Positions 1 through 9,578 of a stretch of 39,254 nucleotides of DNA are shown here, in pieces. This stretch comes from a virus: UHGV virus genome UHGV-0143367; one strand, 5' to 3'. The notes beneath the pieces were generated by a model. It saw nothing but the letters and a program-made list of their open reading frames with translations. It searched no databases and was not told the DNA's origin. A program made the position numbers and the translations under genes. Each line of letters begins with the position of its first letter. The stretch's first letter is position 1.

Positions 1-2539
1 GCAACGCGGCTTCCAGGTTGGTATCAATGTCGCCTGTCAGGCGGTCACCGTCGGCGGATGTAAGAAAACCGGTACCAATACTATCCAGATACTCATCCGT
101 ATTATCATTGGAAAGCCCTCTCTCCCAGTCAGTCCAGTCAGAGCGGTTGCCTATTTTGTCGATAAGGCGCGCTCGATACCAGAACTCCTGCCCGGCACGA
201 AGCCCCATCTGTGAATATGTGGACTGCGGGTAAGGAACATTACTCAGCAACAGAGCCGTGTTGCCGTCGCGTTCCTGCGCATACTGCAGCTCCGTATAGA
301 GCGAGTCCTCAGCTCCTGCGGGAATAGACCAGTCGATACGAATACCCCATAGCATCGGGGTTGTTCTCAAATTGACAGGAACGGGTGGCTTCCCGATTTT
401 GCCATCCAGCTGGACTTCCTTTGATACTGCCCATACCGAGGCAACATCCATCGCGTTGATGGCCCGAACACGAACGACATAACGGCCGGCATAAATACCA
501 TCGACCTCAATTCGGGTATTTCCTGTCCTGCCTCCATTAATCCAGTCGCCGCTGTTCTGGCGCCATTGCACCTCGTAGGCGATGGCGTTTACCACCGGGT
601 CCCATGTTGCGACCAGGGTGTTAATACCTATCCCCTGAACAATTCGGTATTCACTGGTGATTTCAATGTTCGTTGGTACAGCCTGGCTACCTGGTGGGAC
701 CACGGTCACAGGACGGTCTTCGACAATCGCGCCATCATCAATTTTCGCGAATTTGTTCGGGTTATAGGGCAACCCGGATATTGTCACCAGGTCATCACTC
801 CCGATGGCCACACGGCGAACCCTGAATAACTGGATGGCCAGATCCTGCTGGTCAATTACCCACGCCGACTCAGCGTTCGGTAATACGCTGTATGCAGATT
901 CCACAGTGACCGCGCGGCCAGATACTGACTTAATCGTTCGTCCTTCGGCCTTTCCCGTCGGCAGGTTGATGATCAGCCGATTACCGGGAACGGCAACGGT
1001 ATTCCTGTCCAGCGTGATTTTTGTACCTGCAGCTGCAGCTACACGGCCACCGTTCGCCCGTCCGGCCAGTGGTGCGTTATTCACGCCGATCACTTTGCCT
1101 ACCCTCGGAATACGGCCTTCCATGCCCGTTTTGAACTCCACCGCATTATCATCGCGGTTTGTCTCGATGCCCCACAATCCGCGGCGCTGCGCCTCACTCT
1201 CGCGCGTGCAGCCGACGGCAGTCATTTCCATCGTATTGAAACCAAATCGCGAAGATACTTCAGGTACGTGAACGCTGGCCTGATCATCGTTGTAGCCGTT
1301 GTTCGGGTTGCTGTAAGTCACTATCGCCGCAGAATAGTTGGTACGTTCGGATGAGCTGGAGAAGTTGAACGAACCGACAATATTGGACTTATTGAAGACA
1401 AAGTCCGGGTCCAGCTCGCGCGGCATATCGGCATCAAGCGAAAGCAGATTATTCGACCAGCTGATCATCCCCCTGAAAATCGCCGCCAAATCCATCAGGA
1501 CCGTCCAGGCGTCGGTTCTCTGTGAAATGTACAGGTCGCAAAGATGACGCGCTTCTGTGCCTCCTGCGCCGTCAGAAACCTTCGCATCGCAGTACTGAGC
1601 TATCTGATAGAGCGTCCACTTATCAACGAGGTTTGTCGTTATGCGGCGACCCAGGCCGTACCGGGCATTCGTCACGATGTCGTAAAAAATCCAGGCCGGG
1701 TTGTTCGTCCATGCCCATTTAAACGTCCCGTCCCACGTACCGCTATACGTCCTGTTGATCGGGTCATAGTTCGATGGAACGCGAATAATGATCCCCTTCA
1801 TTTTTATCGTTACTGTCGGCGTACGACCATCGAACAACTGAGAATCGAACTGGACGAACAGCAGCGAGGTGTGGGGATACCGCAGCTTGGCATCAACGAT
1901 ATCGGTTATCGATTCGATTCGGGATGTATCGGCGTGCCGTGCATCATTGGCGTTTGGTGTAAGGCGTCTTACACGAATTTGCCATCCAGCCTGTGCCGGT
2001 GGCAGCTCAATTCGATAGCTACGCTCATAGCCATTATTAGCAATACCACTTGCGGTATCCCGCCCGTATTCGACATAGGAACTGCCATCAGTTGAGATAT
2101 CAATGGCAAACTCAACGGTATAACCGCTCTTCCCACCTGAGTCTCGCAGTTCATACAGGCCATTAGGGAACTTCAGGCGCAGACGAACGGCTGAGAGCTG
2201 CGTGTTATTAATCGACTTAACCCACGGCGTCCCGTATTTCAGCTCCGTAGAAACGGCCACTTCATTTTCAACAGCAGGGAAGCCGGAAATATATGGCTGG
2301 TCGACAGTCCCGCTACGCCATTCCCAGGTAACGCCTGGGAAGTTTGCATTCCCGGAATCATCCAGCAGCGGTGTGCCATCGAGATAAATATCCTTGCCTG
2401 AGAATCCGCCGGCGGCTTCGCCTTCGGTCAGCGCCAGTAATATCTTCATGTAAGCAACTGAAGCGATCTCGGTACCGCGATTCTCGCCTTTATCGCTACT
2501 TCCGCTGCCGCCGCCACCTTTTGCGCCTGTAATTTCCAT
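1..2539 (-). CDS. J: Host-specificity / central tail fibre protein J, N-terminal ~846 aa; C-terminus lies beyond the window start
   Basis: Manual minus-strand translation from ATG at 2539 runs open to position 1 (absent from ORF track because no stop in window). Contains block IIRVPSNYDPINRTYSGTWDGTFKWAWTNNPAWIFYDIVTNARYGLGRR, matching the conserved lambda J core as recalled. GGAG Shine-Dalgarno upstream. Confidence 0.85.
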   Translation of the reverse strand, partial: MEITGAKGGGGSGSSDKGENRGTEIASVAYMKILLALTEGEAAGGFSGKDIYLDGTPLLDDSGNANFPGVTWEWRSGTVDQPYISGFPAVENEVAVSTELKYGTPWVKSINNTQLSAVRLRLKFPNGLYELRDSGGKSGYTVEFAIDISTDGSSYVEYGRDTASGIANNGYERSYRIELPPAQAGWQIRVRRLTPNANDARHADTSRIESITDIVDAKLRYPHTSLLFVQFDSQLFDGRTPTVTIKMKGIIIRVPSNYDPINRTYSGTWDGTFKWAWTNNPAWIFYDIVTNARYGLGRRITTNLVDKWTLYQIAQYCDAKVSDGAGGTEARHLCDLYISQRTDAWTVLMDLAAIFRGMISWSNNLLSLDADMPRELDPDFVFNKSNIVGSFNFSSSSERTNYSAAIVTYSNPNNGYNDDQASVHVPEVSSRFGFNTMEMTAVGCTRESEAQRRGLWGIETNRDDNAVEFKTGMEGRIPRVGKVIGVNNAPLAGRANGGRVAAAAGTKITLDRNTVAVPGNRLIINLPTGKAEGRTIKSVSGRAVTVESAYSVLPNAESAWVIDQQDLAIQLFRVRRVAIGSDDLVTISGLPYNPNKFAKIDDGAIVEDRPVTVVPPGSQAVPTNIEITSEYRIVQGIGINTLVATWDPVVNAIAYEVQWRQNSGDWINGGRTGNTRIEVDGIYAGRYVVRVRAINAMDVASVWAVSKEVQLDGKIGKPPVPVNLRTTPMLWGIRIDWSIPAGAEDSLYTELQYAQERDGNTALLLSNVPYPQSTYSQMGLRAGQEFWYRARLIDKIGNRSDWTDWERGLSNDNTDEYLDSIGTGFLTSADGDRLTGDIDTNLEAAL

Positions 2540-2553
2540 TGCTAACTCCGGGC

Positions 2554-2578
2554 AAAAAAAATCCCGCCGAAGCGGGAT
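2554..2578 (-). terminator. Rho-independent terminator-like hairpin (ATCCCGC-ttcg-GCGGGAT + U7 on minus strand) between I and J
   Basis: Perfect 7-bp GC-rich stem, 4-nt loop, followed on the minus strand by a 7-8 nt T run. Confidence 0.55.
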
Positions 2579-2595
2579 AGTTGGATAAAGGTCTT

Positions 2596-3207
2596 TTAGT
2601 TCTGGTCCTCGGCGTAGATCCCGCCGCTAATCAGTACGCCGCCGATTTCACGGATGCCGTAAAGAATCGGAACACCACTCCCCGCGGCCACCTGGTTCGC
2701 CGGCGCACCGAACGAGTAACTTTTCCGGGTGTCTTTTGATTCGTTCGTCATACCCTGCGTCCCTGCTGGAACGAGCATCTGCGCAACACCACCCAGCATC
2801 ATTGCCGCACCCATTTTGTAGAGAAACGGTGATGCTGCTGCGTATGGTGTAAAACTGAGCACGAATCCCACTGCAACTAATACGGCACCAAAAATAGTCT
2901 GGAACGCCCCATTTTTCTTGCTGCCGATAATCACCGGCGCAATGCGGATAACTTCGTGTACGCCATCCAGCTGCAGGTCCTGCTCGCGGATATTGCGTTC
3001 GCCGTTAAAGATGGCATACGTAATACCCCGCTCCTGGCTTGTTTCCAGCCAAAGTTCGAAACCGGGGATCATGATGCAGAGCGCGCGTATCGCTTCACGT
3101 ACGGATGAGACGGACAGCCGGTGCTCGCGCCCAAATAACGTTCCCAGCTTGCCGTACAGGCGCACCAGGACGACTTTTTCAACGGTATTAAGGGATTCAC
3201 TGCCCAT
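2596..3207 (-). CDS. I: Tail assembly protein I-like
   Basis: 203-aa ORF in the lambda I position (between K and J), hydrophobic C-terminal half; synteny-based. Confidence 0.7.
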   Translation of the reverse strand: MGSESLNTVEKVVLVRLYGKLGTLFGREHRLSVSSVREAIRALCIMIPGFELWLETSQERGITYAIFNGERNIREQDLQLDGVHEVIRIAPVIIGSKKNGAFQTIFGAVLVAVGFVLSFTPYAAASPFLYKMGAAMMLGGVAQMLVPAGTQGMTNESKDTRKSYSFGAPANQVAAGSGVPILYGIREIGGVLISGGIYAEDQN

Positions 3208-3904
3208 CTCTATACCTCAGCGTTAACAGCGTACGGTCGCGCCACATGCCGCCGTACGGAACAACTTCACTCAGCCGGCCATACATGTGGTGGAACATCT
3301 TTCCGTCCCCCAGGTAAATGCCGGCATGGTTAATTTCATCGGCCTTGTACTGCATCAGGATGATATCGCCCGGCTGCAGCTCGCTGACGTGCGAGTAAAA
3401 CCCCGCCTCAGCATAGTGCCGAACGTAGAGATTCTCTCCGCGTGTCCACCAGTTATCGGTCCGCTCAAAGTTGGGTAACTCTATGCCACGTTCCTGCTTG
3501 TACCAGTCGCGGATAAGCCCATAGCAGTCCCAACTGCCATGGATAAACGGACGCTTCAGCAGCGGCGGTGTATCGGCTGGCGTGGTGACGGTGTGCTCTC
3601 CGGATGGCCACGACATAATGATCCATGGCAGGCCGCTTTCATGGCATTGCTTCAGGTCTTCTGCAGACGCATGTGGCCCGGCATCAGGATGCGAATGCAC
3701 AACCGCCAGCACCTCGCCAGCGTCCTCAGCATCGGCCCAGGCTTCAGCACTGATCCGGAAAAATTCAGCGGGCTGGTCGTGGGTGTTTTCGCAGGGAATA
3801 TACCGGCGCTGGCGTCCAGCCCGGATAATCAACCCGCAACACTCATGCGGATATACCTTCTCGGCATGCTTCTGGATGGCGGTAATCAGTCGCTGGCTCA
3901 GCAT
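3197..3904 (-). CDS. K: Tail tip assembly protein K (JAB/MPN + NlpC/P60-like)
   Basis: HSHP metal-binding motif (AVVHSHPDAG) and HAGIYLGDG segment; start placed at internal ATG 3904 just after the L stop rather than the upstream ORF-track start at 4003. Confidence 0.75.
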   Translation of the reverse strand: MLSQRLITAIQKHAEKVYPHECCGLIIRAGRQRRYIPCENTHDQPAEFFRISAEAWADAEDAGEVLAVVHSHPDAGPHASAEDLKQCHESGLPWIIMSWPSGEHTVTTPADTPPLLKRPFIHGSWDCYGLIRDWYKQERGIELPNFERTDNWWTRGENLYVRHYAEAGFYSHVSELQPGDIILMQYKADEINHAGIYLGDGKMFHHMYGRLSEVVPYGGMWRDRTLLTLRYRDGQ

Positions 3905-3906
3905 GG

Positions 3907-4656
3907 TTACATCCTTATCAGTGCAATGGCCGGGTAGCCGCCGAACGGCAGCTCTGAGTTTTCGCCCCAGCGCAATTTGCAGCCGGCTACGGTGCCGGGA
4001 CATTCATCTTTCGCCGGGTTGTCGACCCGGTTGCCAAATTTGTCGAAGTAATTTGTTCCGGTATAGCCACAGTCGGCGCCACGGTATTGGCCCTGCAGGC
4101 ACCAGGCGCAACGGCTCAGCATCTGGCGGCCCGGTAGCTTCTGCCCGGTCACATCGACCGGCGAGGATAATTTGAACTGGACAGTGGTGTCGTTCTCCGC
4201 AGACTTGCTGTCGATGTACCAGACCTCCACGCTGTCAGCGGTCGGGTCGGCGCCAGGGTTGCCGTCGGGGAAGTTTTCCGCATCGAGATAATGTGCGTAG
4301 GTCCGGTGAACCGTCACCTTGGCCTGCTTCATGTCCTGGAACATGCCACACAGGGAAGAGATCGAGCCGTCCAGGTTGGCTACCGATAATTTCGGTGTAG
4401 CCGGCGAGCCATCACCGTTCGATTCCATGTCCTCAATCCGGCATGGCCACGCATCGTAGCGTATGCCCTGCCAGAAAATAGGCTTACCGGGCAGCAGGCT
4501 GGCATCATCGCCGGCGGCGAGGATCTCTTCTGCGGTGTACGGGATGGCGTGGTTATGGAAATAAAGCACCTCGGCCCCGAACGCAGTGCCGTCCACCTCG
4601 TACAGTTCGATTTTGCTGCCGGGTTCTAATTTCTGATCATCAGCTGCGATACCCAT
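3907..4656 (-). CDS. L: Tail tip protein L
   Basis: 249 aa; N-terminal IELYEVDG...IFWQGIRYDAWP and C-terminal Cys cluster (CAWC...CGYTG...CPGTVAGC) match lambda L as recalled. Confidence 0.85.
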   Translation of the reverse strand: MGIAADDQKLEPGSKIELYEVDGTAFGAEVLYFHNHAIPYTAEEILAAGDDASLLPGKPIFWQGIRYDAWPCRIEDMESNGDGSPATPKLSVANLDGSISSLCGMFQDMKQAKVTVHRTYAHYLDAENFPDGNPGADPTADSVEVWYIDSKSAENDTTVQFKLSSPVDVTGQKLPGRQMLSRCAWCLQGQYRGADCGYTGTNYFDKFGNRVDNPAKDECPGTVAGCKLRWGENSELPFGGYPAIALIRM

Positions 4657-4668
4657 GGGGTTCTCCTG

Positions 4669-4688
4669 ATTGGGACCATGGTCCCAAT
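4669..4688. repeat. SopB-box-like palindrome ATTGGGACCATGGTCCCAAT (centromere-like site)
   Basis: Perfect 20-bp palindrome, core identical in arms to the F sopC SopB-binding inverted repeat TGGGACC-NN-GGTCCCA. Confidence 0.7.
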
Positions 4689-4691
4689 AAC

Positions 4692-4713
4692 AAAAAACCC
4701 CGCAGAGCGGGGT
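4692..4713 (-). terminator. Rho-independent terminator downstream of the lipoprotein moron
   Basis: CCCCGC-agag-GCGGGG stem-loop followed by a U6 run on the minus strand. Confidence 0.55.
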
Positions 4714-4736
4714 TTGTGTGGGGGTGGGGGATGAAG

Positions 4737-5114
4737 CTATTTCACGTCATCAGACCATTTGACGGCATTTAAATTGACACCTGTGGTCACATCTTTAAAC
4801 GCGCCACCAAAATAGGCGTAGTAATAAAGTTGGAAGCCGGTGTATCCCCCATAACTATTTTTAGCATTAACACCTACCGGTACTGTATAGGCAAAATGCT
4901 TGCTACTTTCTGTATACGATTTTTTTGGCGTGAAAAATCTATATTTTGCAGAGTCAGGATCTTTCAGCCTTAGATCAATCGTTGACTTTATTTGCTCCTG
5001 GTAATCTGTCGGCAACGGCTCATAAACTGCGCGATTAACTTCTGCTTTTGTCATGGGTTGGACACAACCAGCTAATGCAGCACACATAACAAATGCGGAA
5101 AATAGTTCTTTCAT
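4737..5114 (-). CDS. Lipoprotein moron inserted between tail genes M and L
   Basis: 125 aa with signal peptide and lipobox (MCAALAGC); lower-GC insert inside an otherwise syntenic lambda tail operon; own downstream terminator. Confidence 0.6.
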   Translation of the reverse strand: MKELFSAFVMCAALAGCVQPMTKAEVNRAVYEPLPTDYQEQIKSTIDLRLKDPDSAKYRFFTPKKSYTESSKHFAYTVPVGVNAKNSYGGYTGFQLYYYAYFGGAFKDVTTGVNLNAVKWSDDVK

Positions 5115-5122
5115 ATATCCCT

Positions 5123-5476
5123 CTATGATGATTCGGCTCGATATGCCGTCACAAACGTAACAGATAGAGACATACGAGCAAAATCCATCACGGTAGGTTT
5201 TATCTGGGTGGCACGATATAACCCAAGCTCACCCAGGGGGTTGACCCACTTAAACGCACGTGTTTCGCCATGCTCTCTGAGAAACGTCAGGATGGGGCGG
5301 ATATCCTCATTTAACCCGACAAACGTCAGTGGCCATGACTGCGTTTCGGAGTTAATACCGTCGCCAGTTACCTGCTCGTAACCGTCGCCATATTGCGCTG
5401 ACCGGGTACGAAATTGAATGTCCCCGACAGGACCATTCCTCGGCGACCAGTTGAATGTTTCCAGCGCCATTATCAC
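5123..5476 (-). CDS. M: Tail tip assembly protein M
   Basis: 117 aa; GDGYEQ motif and position between H and L as in lambda. Confidence 0.7.
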   Translation of the reverse strand: MIMALETFNWSPRNGPVGDIQFRTRSAQYGDGYEQVTGDGINSETQSWPLTFVGLNEDIRPILTFLREHGETRAFKWVNPLGELGLYRATQIKPTVMDFARMSLSVTFVTAYRAESS

Positions 5477-8448
5477 GCCCCCTTGATTGCGTTCAGGATC
5501 ATGCCGTTATTCGATAACTCACGGTCCAGCACGCTATAGCAGACCTGCTTAATCTGGGATAGCGCCTCGAGGCTTAGAGCTTCATCACTGGTTTTTCCCT
5601 GGTCTTTGGATTGCTGGGTTGCCGCGCCCTGCTTAATCACCTGCAGCGGGATATTCACCATGACGCGGATATTCCGATTATCGCTGCCGGCATCTTCATT
5701 ACTGGAAGGCCGGGCTATGCTACCACCGACCAAACCGCCGTCTGCATATCCGCTGCCATAGGTCAGCTGGTTCAGGAAGTTCAGCATGCCAGGCTTTTGC
5801 ACGACGTTCTGAGGAACTACCCATTCGCCTTTATGGACCACGCCGGCAACATCGTGCCTACCACCATCACCTGTATAACCACCATCTGCAAAACCAAAAA
5901 ATGACCCAAACCCAGCCGCGTTAATGCCAGCCTTTACAGTCTGCGCAACTAACATTCTGGATAGCATCTGACCGATATCATTGATGACAGATACAGCAAA
6001 TGACTTAAAATCTGCTTTCCCTTTTGAAGCGAACGTCCAGACCATATCACTCATACCATTCATAGTATTTTTCGTGACATCGTAAACTTGCGAATTAACA
6101 TCCTCAGCATCTGTAAACCAATCACTCATAGCCCGTTTAAAACCGGATGCGGCATCTTCCTGTGCTCTAACCTTTTCCTTCGCTGAGCGGCGCACTATAT
6201 TGATCTGCTTCTGCTCCTCATTATCCAGAATGGCCGTCTGTTTTTGGTACTCCCTCGATGCGCTATCCGTAATTTGCTTATCCAATTCCTCACGCAGTTT
6301 TGAGAACCTTTCACGCACTTGCTGCTCAGCAACCAGCTGTTCATACGCATCTGAAGTCATCGTCATCTGAGCAACCCGGTTGCTGTACTCCTGCTGCAAC
6401 TGGATTGTTGAGCGGTACAGCTCCTGATTCTGCTCTTGCATCTGCAGGCCGATTTTCCGCTGCGCGTTGGCTCGGTCCAGACTGGCGTTGATCTGCAGCT
6501 GGTTACGAAGCTCAGTTTCCTGCGCCAGCAGACTGCGCTGGCCAGCGGTCAGGATGCGCTTTTCTTTCAGATCGGCAACTTCCTGATTGAACTGCAGCAG
6601 CTTACGCTCGCTGTTCGTCAGTTCTTCCGTCTGGTCGTTCTGCGTACGCAGCACCGTCTCTTCCTGCTTCAGCTCCTGCAGGCGGCGAGTGGCAGCATCA
6701 TCGCTGTAGGCTTTCTCACGCGCTTTTTTCTGCTCGGCGTACATCTTGTTCACGCCAGCCATCGCCTGCGTGTACTCCGCCGTGCCTTTCGTATAGTTCG
6801 CGTTAACCAGTGCGATAGCATCAGCGCGCTCTTTTTCGCGCGATACGCCCGCTTTCATCAGGCCAGAAAGGGTGTTTTCATCCTTCAGGCGCTTCGTCAG
6901 CTCTTCGCGCTCTTTCTTCCGCTGCTGGTAGAGTTTTTCAGCTTCTTCACGCTGTTTGATGGCGGGGTCTTCGGTTGGCGTCAGATCGACATTGGCACCA
7001 GCGGCCATCGCCTGGGCGGTAGCCATATGCGCATCGCCCATGGTCTTAAAAGCATCAGCCACAAACCCTTTCAGGGACTTCCACGCGCCTTCCAGCACGC
7101 CGACCTGGCTTTCCTGCTCTTTGAGTTTCTGGGAAACGTCATCCATGGCCGCCTGCTGCAGCAGCGCGGTAGCCTCAGTCGTTTTCCCCTGGCGGTTCAG
7201 GGTAACAATCTGATCGACCATACTGCTGTTCAGCAAAATCCCCTGATCGGTCAGCTTTTGCAGCGCGTTCAGCGGGTCGCCGCTGAGACTGGAAAGCAGC
7301 GTAACCAGGTCATCAGAACTCTGGCCAATTTCTTCCATACGGGTGCCAAGCCCCGCCACCTGATCCAGAATATCGCCGCCGAACCCGGCGCCGACAGCGG
7401 CAGTGACCGACTTAACCGCACCGGCGGTGTCGCCCAGGCGGGAAACCAGGTTCTGCAGGTACATCACGTTCATCACGGACTGCTGCCCGGACTTCTGCAA
7501 TGCCTTATTGAATCCGTCGATCTCCGCCTGGCTGTGCGAGAATGCGGTATAAATCGCGGTACCGACGCCGGCAACCGCCATCACGGCAAGGCCGACAGGA
7601 CCGCCGACCATCGCCAGCGCACCACGCAATAACCCGGCACTGGCCGCAGCCGCACGCTGGCCGAGCGAGAGTTCCTGGCTGACAACCGCCAGATTACGGG
7701 TCGATGTGGCCAGCTGCTGCTTACCGTTGGATTCGGCAATATCGGCGGCCAGCACGGCTTTTGTCGCTTCTGCCAGGCTGCCTTTCCCTTTGGCTTCCGC
7801 CAGGTTGGCTTCATTAATCACACGCGAGTTTTTAACGTGCTCTTCCTGATAATCAACCGTCAGCCCGAACTGTTTGTTTACCTCGGCCTGTTTGGCGTAA
7901 TACTCATCGAGTGCGAATGCACGTTCACGATCGGCCTTCGCCGCCTCAATAGTTTTCACAGCGGCGTTCTGTTTGGCGATGGCCTCTTCGCGGAGGCTCC
8001 TGGCGTTCTCAATGACGCCGCGCGCCGCATCAACCTGCGCCGCAGTGAACTCAATCTGGGCCTGTCGCTGGTTCTTCAGGCCATTCACGCTGTTTGATAG
8101 CGCGGTGCTCATACCCTCGCTGAGCGAAGTAACCAGCGCGTTTGCTATAGAACTACCGGCAACGTTACTACCGGCAGAGATGCTGGCCAGCAGGCCGCGC
8201 ATCTCATCAAGCCCGGTCAGACGCTTATCAACCGTGCGGCCAAGTTTGTTAAAATCAGCATCGAGACCGGTGATCCCTTTGCTGACTCCTTCGTATGACT
8301 GGCGGGTATTTTTGGCATCCGCCTGCGCCTTTCTGTTGAACTGTTGCGCCCCACTGTCAGCCGACCGCATCGCATCAGCAAACTGCGATTTGAAGCTGGC
8401 CGAGTTCAGGTGAAGCGCAACAGCCAACGATGCAACATCAGCAGCCAT
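5473..8448 (-). CDS. H: Tail tape measure protein
   Basis: 991 aa, coiled-coil and Ala/Gln-rich low complexity, hydrophobic central segment, Gly-rich C-terminal region; position after G/G-T. Confidence 0.9.
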   Translation of the reverse strand: MAADVASLAVALHLNSASFKSQFADAMRSADSGAQQFNRKAQADAKNTRQSYEGVSKGITGLDADFNKLGRTVDKRLTGLDEMRGLLASISAGSNVAGSSIANALVTSLSEGMSTALSNSVNGLKNQRQAQIEFTAAQVDAARGVIENARSLREEAIAKQNAAVKTIEAAKADRERAFALDEYYAKQAEVNKQFGLTVDYQEEHVKNSRVINEANLAEAKGKGSLAEATKAVLAADIAESNGKQQLATSTRNLAVVSQELSLGQRAAAASAGLLRGALAMVGGPVGLAVMAVAGVGTAIYTAFSHSQAEIDGFNKALQKSGQQSVMNVMYLQNLVSRLGDTAGAVKSVTAAVGAGFGGDILDQVAGLGTRMEEIGQSSDDLVTLLSSLSGDPLNALQKLTDQGILLNSSMVDQIVTLNRQGKTTEATALLQQAAMDDVSQKLKEQESQVGVLEGAWKSLKGFVADAFKTMGDAHMATAQAMAAGANVDLTPTEDPAIKQREEAEKLYQQRKKEREELTKRLKDENTLSGLMKAGVSREKERADAIALVNANYTKGTAEYTQAMAGVNKMYAEQKKAREKAYSDDAATRRLQELKQEETVLRTQNDQTEELTNSERKLLQFNQEVADLKEKRILTAGQRSLLAQETELRNQLQINASLDRANAQRKIGLQMQEQNQELYRSTIQLQQEYSNRVAQMTMTSDAYEQLVAEQQVRERFSKLREELDKQITDSASREYQKQTAILDNEEQKQINIVRRSAKEKVRAQEDAASGFKRAMSDWFTDAEDVNSQVYDVTKNTMNGMSDMVWTFASKGKADFKSFAVSVINDIGQMLSRMLVAQTVKAGINAAGFGSFFGFADGGYTGDGGRHDVAGVVHKGEWVVPQNVVQKPGMLNFLNQLTYGSGYADGGLVGGSIARPSSNEDAGSDNRNIRVMVNIPLQVIKQGAATQQSKDQGKTSDEALSLEALSQIKQVCYSVLDRELSNNGMILNAIKGA

Positions 8449-8656
8449 TTCCTAAGATCCTCAGACAATCAGCGAACTGCTGAGCGCCCTCAGACGGTGC
8501 AACAGCAGGCTGCGGTGATGGTAGTTTTTGTGGTTGTGGTTCGTCGGCGATTTCCGTTTTGAGAAGGTTAAAATAGGCTTCCCAATACGTAAGAATATTC
8601 GCCGGCAGATCACTCAGTTTTCGCGGGTCAGGCTCACCCCAGCGGTCTGCCAGCAT
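8438..8656 (-). CDS. T: T segment of tail assembly chaperone G-T, reached by -1 frameshift from G
   Basis: ORF in the -1 frame relative to G, directly downstream of the slippery heptamer; manual read-through gives ...EAEKKLTNSPRLRLLFMLADRWGEPDP... Confidence 0.7.
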   Translation of the reverse strand: MLADRWGEPDPRKLSDLPANILTYWEAYFNLLKTEIADEPQPQKLPSPQPAVAPSEGAQQFADCLRILGNGC

Positions 8657-8685
8657 GAACAGCAGCCGGAGCCGGGGCGAGTTGG

Positions 8686-9030
8686 TTAGTTTTTTTCCGC
8701 TTCCTCTGGCGTGCCATAGGAATAACGCTGAACCGCGGTGATGGCGGTCAGCAAGTCAGCTGAAGCATGCGCATCCAGCAGCTCCTCCGCCGTCGGCAGG
8801 TCTTTTTTGCCTGGGCGGGTACCGTCTTCATTCACCAACGCCTGCAGGAACAAACTGGCCCCCAGGATGGAGAGTTGGCGTGATGTCTGGCCGTCTTTTC
8901 GGGCCGCATCAACCGTATCGTTATAATTATCCAGCTCGGTATTGGTCAGACGGCGAATAAACACCTTCTGGCCAAGCAGTTTCTTTTCAGTCGTTGTATT
9001 CAATGGGGTGGTGAGGGATTTGTAGTTCAT
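8686..9030 (-). CDS. G: Tail assembly chaperone G
   Basis: 114 aa ORF between major tail protein and tape measure, ending in the slippery site. Confidence 0.75.
   Translation of the reverse strand: MNYKSLTTPLNTTTEKKLLGQKVFIRRLTNTELDNYNDTVDAARKDGQTSRQLSILGASLFLQALVNEDGTRPGKKDLPTAEELLDAHASADLLTAITAVQRYSYGTPEEAEKN
8689..8695 (-). other. Programmed -1 ribosomal frameshift slippery site A_AAA_AAC at the 3' end of G
   Basis: Minus strand reads GCG GAA AAA AAC TAA; the heptamer AAAAAAC sits immediately before the G stop codon. Confidence 0.7.
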
Positions 9031-9092
9031 GACGATGATCCTGATGATGAATGAGTGAAGGGAAGCCGGGCCGGGTCAGCTATTAAATGGCG

Positions 9093-9566
9093 TTATTCGC
9101 CGCCAGCATCAGCTGGAGTAACGGTCCATTTCAGTTTGTTCTGCTTGCCGTAAACCTCCAGCTGCAGCACCTTGCCTTTCGGTGAATCGACGGTCTGCAT
9201 GCTCCAGCCGGCAAGAACGAGCTGAATCTCCGCCAGACGGCGGTTCGGGAACTGCATGAAGAATACGACCGTTTCTTTCGCGTCAGCGGAGGCCAGCAGC
9301 GCCTGCTGTGCTACATCATCTGGGTCATCAATAAAGACCAGCGTTTTATCTTCGCCTTCGCCCATGTCAGCCATATATTTCGGCTCGGTATCAATCAGGC
9401 GGGTAACGTCGATAAACGTCCCTTTGTTGCCTGTGGCTCCGATGGCCGTTGCCGACTGCAACAGCTTCGCCGTTGCAAGTGTTGCGCCAACTGTGCCGTA
9501 AGACACGCGGGTACCCGCCGGGAGAGATGCATACTCCGAGGGGGATTTGATATTTTCGTCAGCCAT
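9093..9566 (-). CDS. V: Major tail tube protein (V-like, without C-terminal Ig domain)
   Basis: 157 aa, position immediately upstream of G; Shine-Dalgarno present. Confidence 0.65.
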   Translation of the reverse strand: MADENIKSPSEYASLPAGTRVSYGTVGATLATAKLLQSATAIGATGNKGTFIDVTRLIDTEPKYMADMGEGEDKTLVFIDDPDDVAQQALLASADAKETVVFFMQFPNRRLAEIQLVLAGWSMQTVDSPKGKVLQLEVYGKQNKLKWTVTPADAGGE

Positions 9567-9578
9567 TTTTATCTCCGA

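Noticed and set aside
804-2095. Plus-strand ORFs 804-1271 and 1544-2095
   Set aside because: They lie antisense to the J gene, which reads continuously on the minus strand from 2539 to the window start but is missing from the ORF track because its stop codon is outside the window.
6436-7632. 398-aa plus-strand ORF
   Set aside because: Antisense to the tape measure gene; low-complexity Leu/Arg/Gln-rich translation typical of reverse-strand artefacts in repetitive coiled-coil genes.
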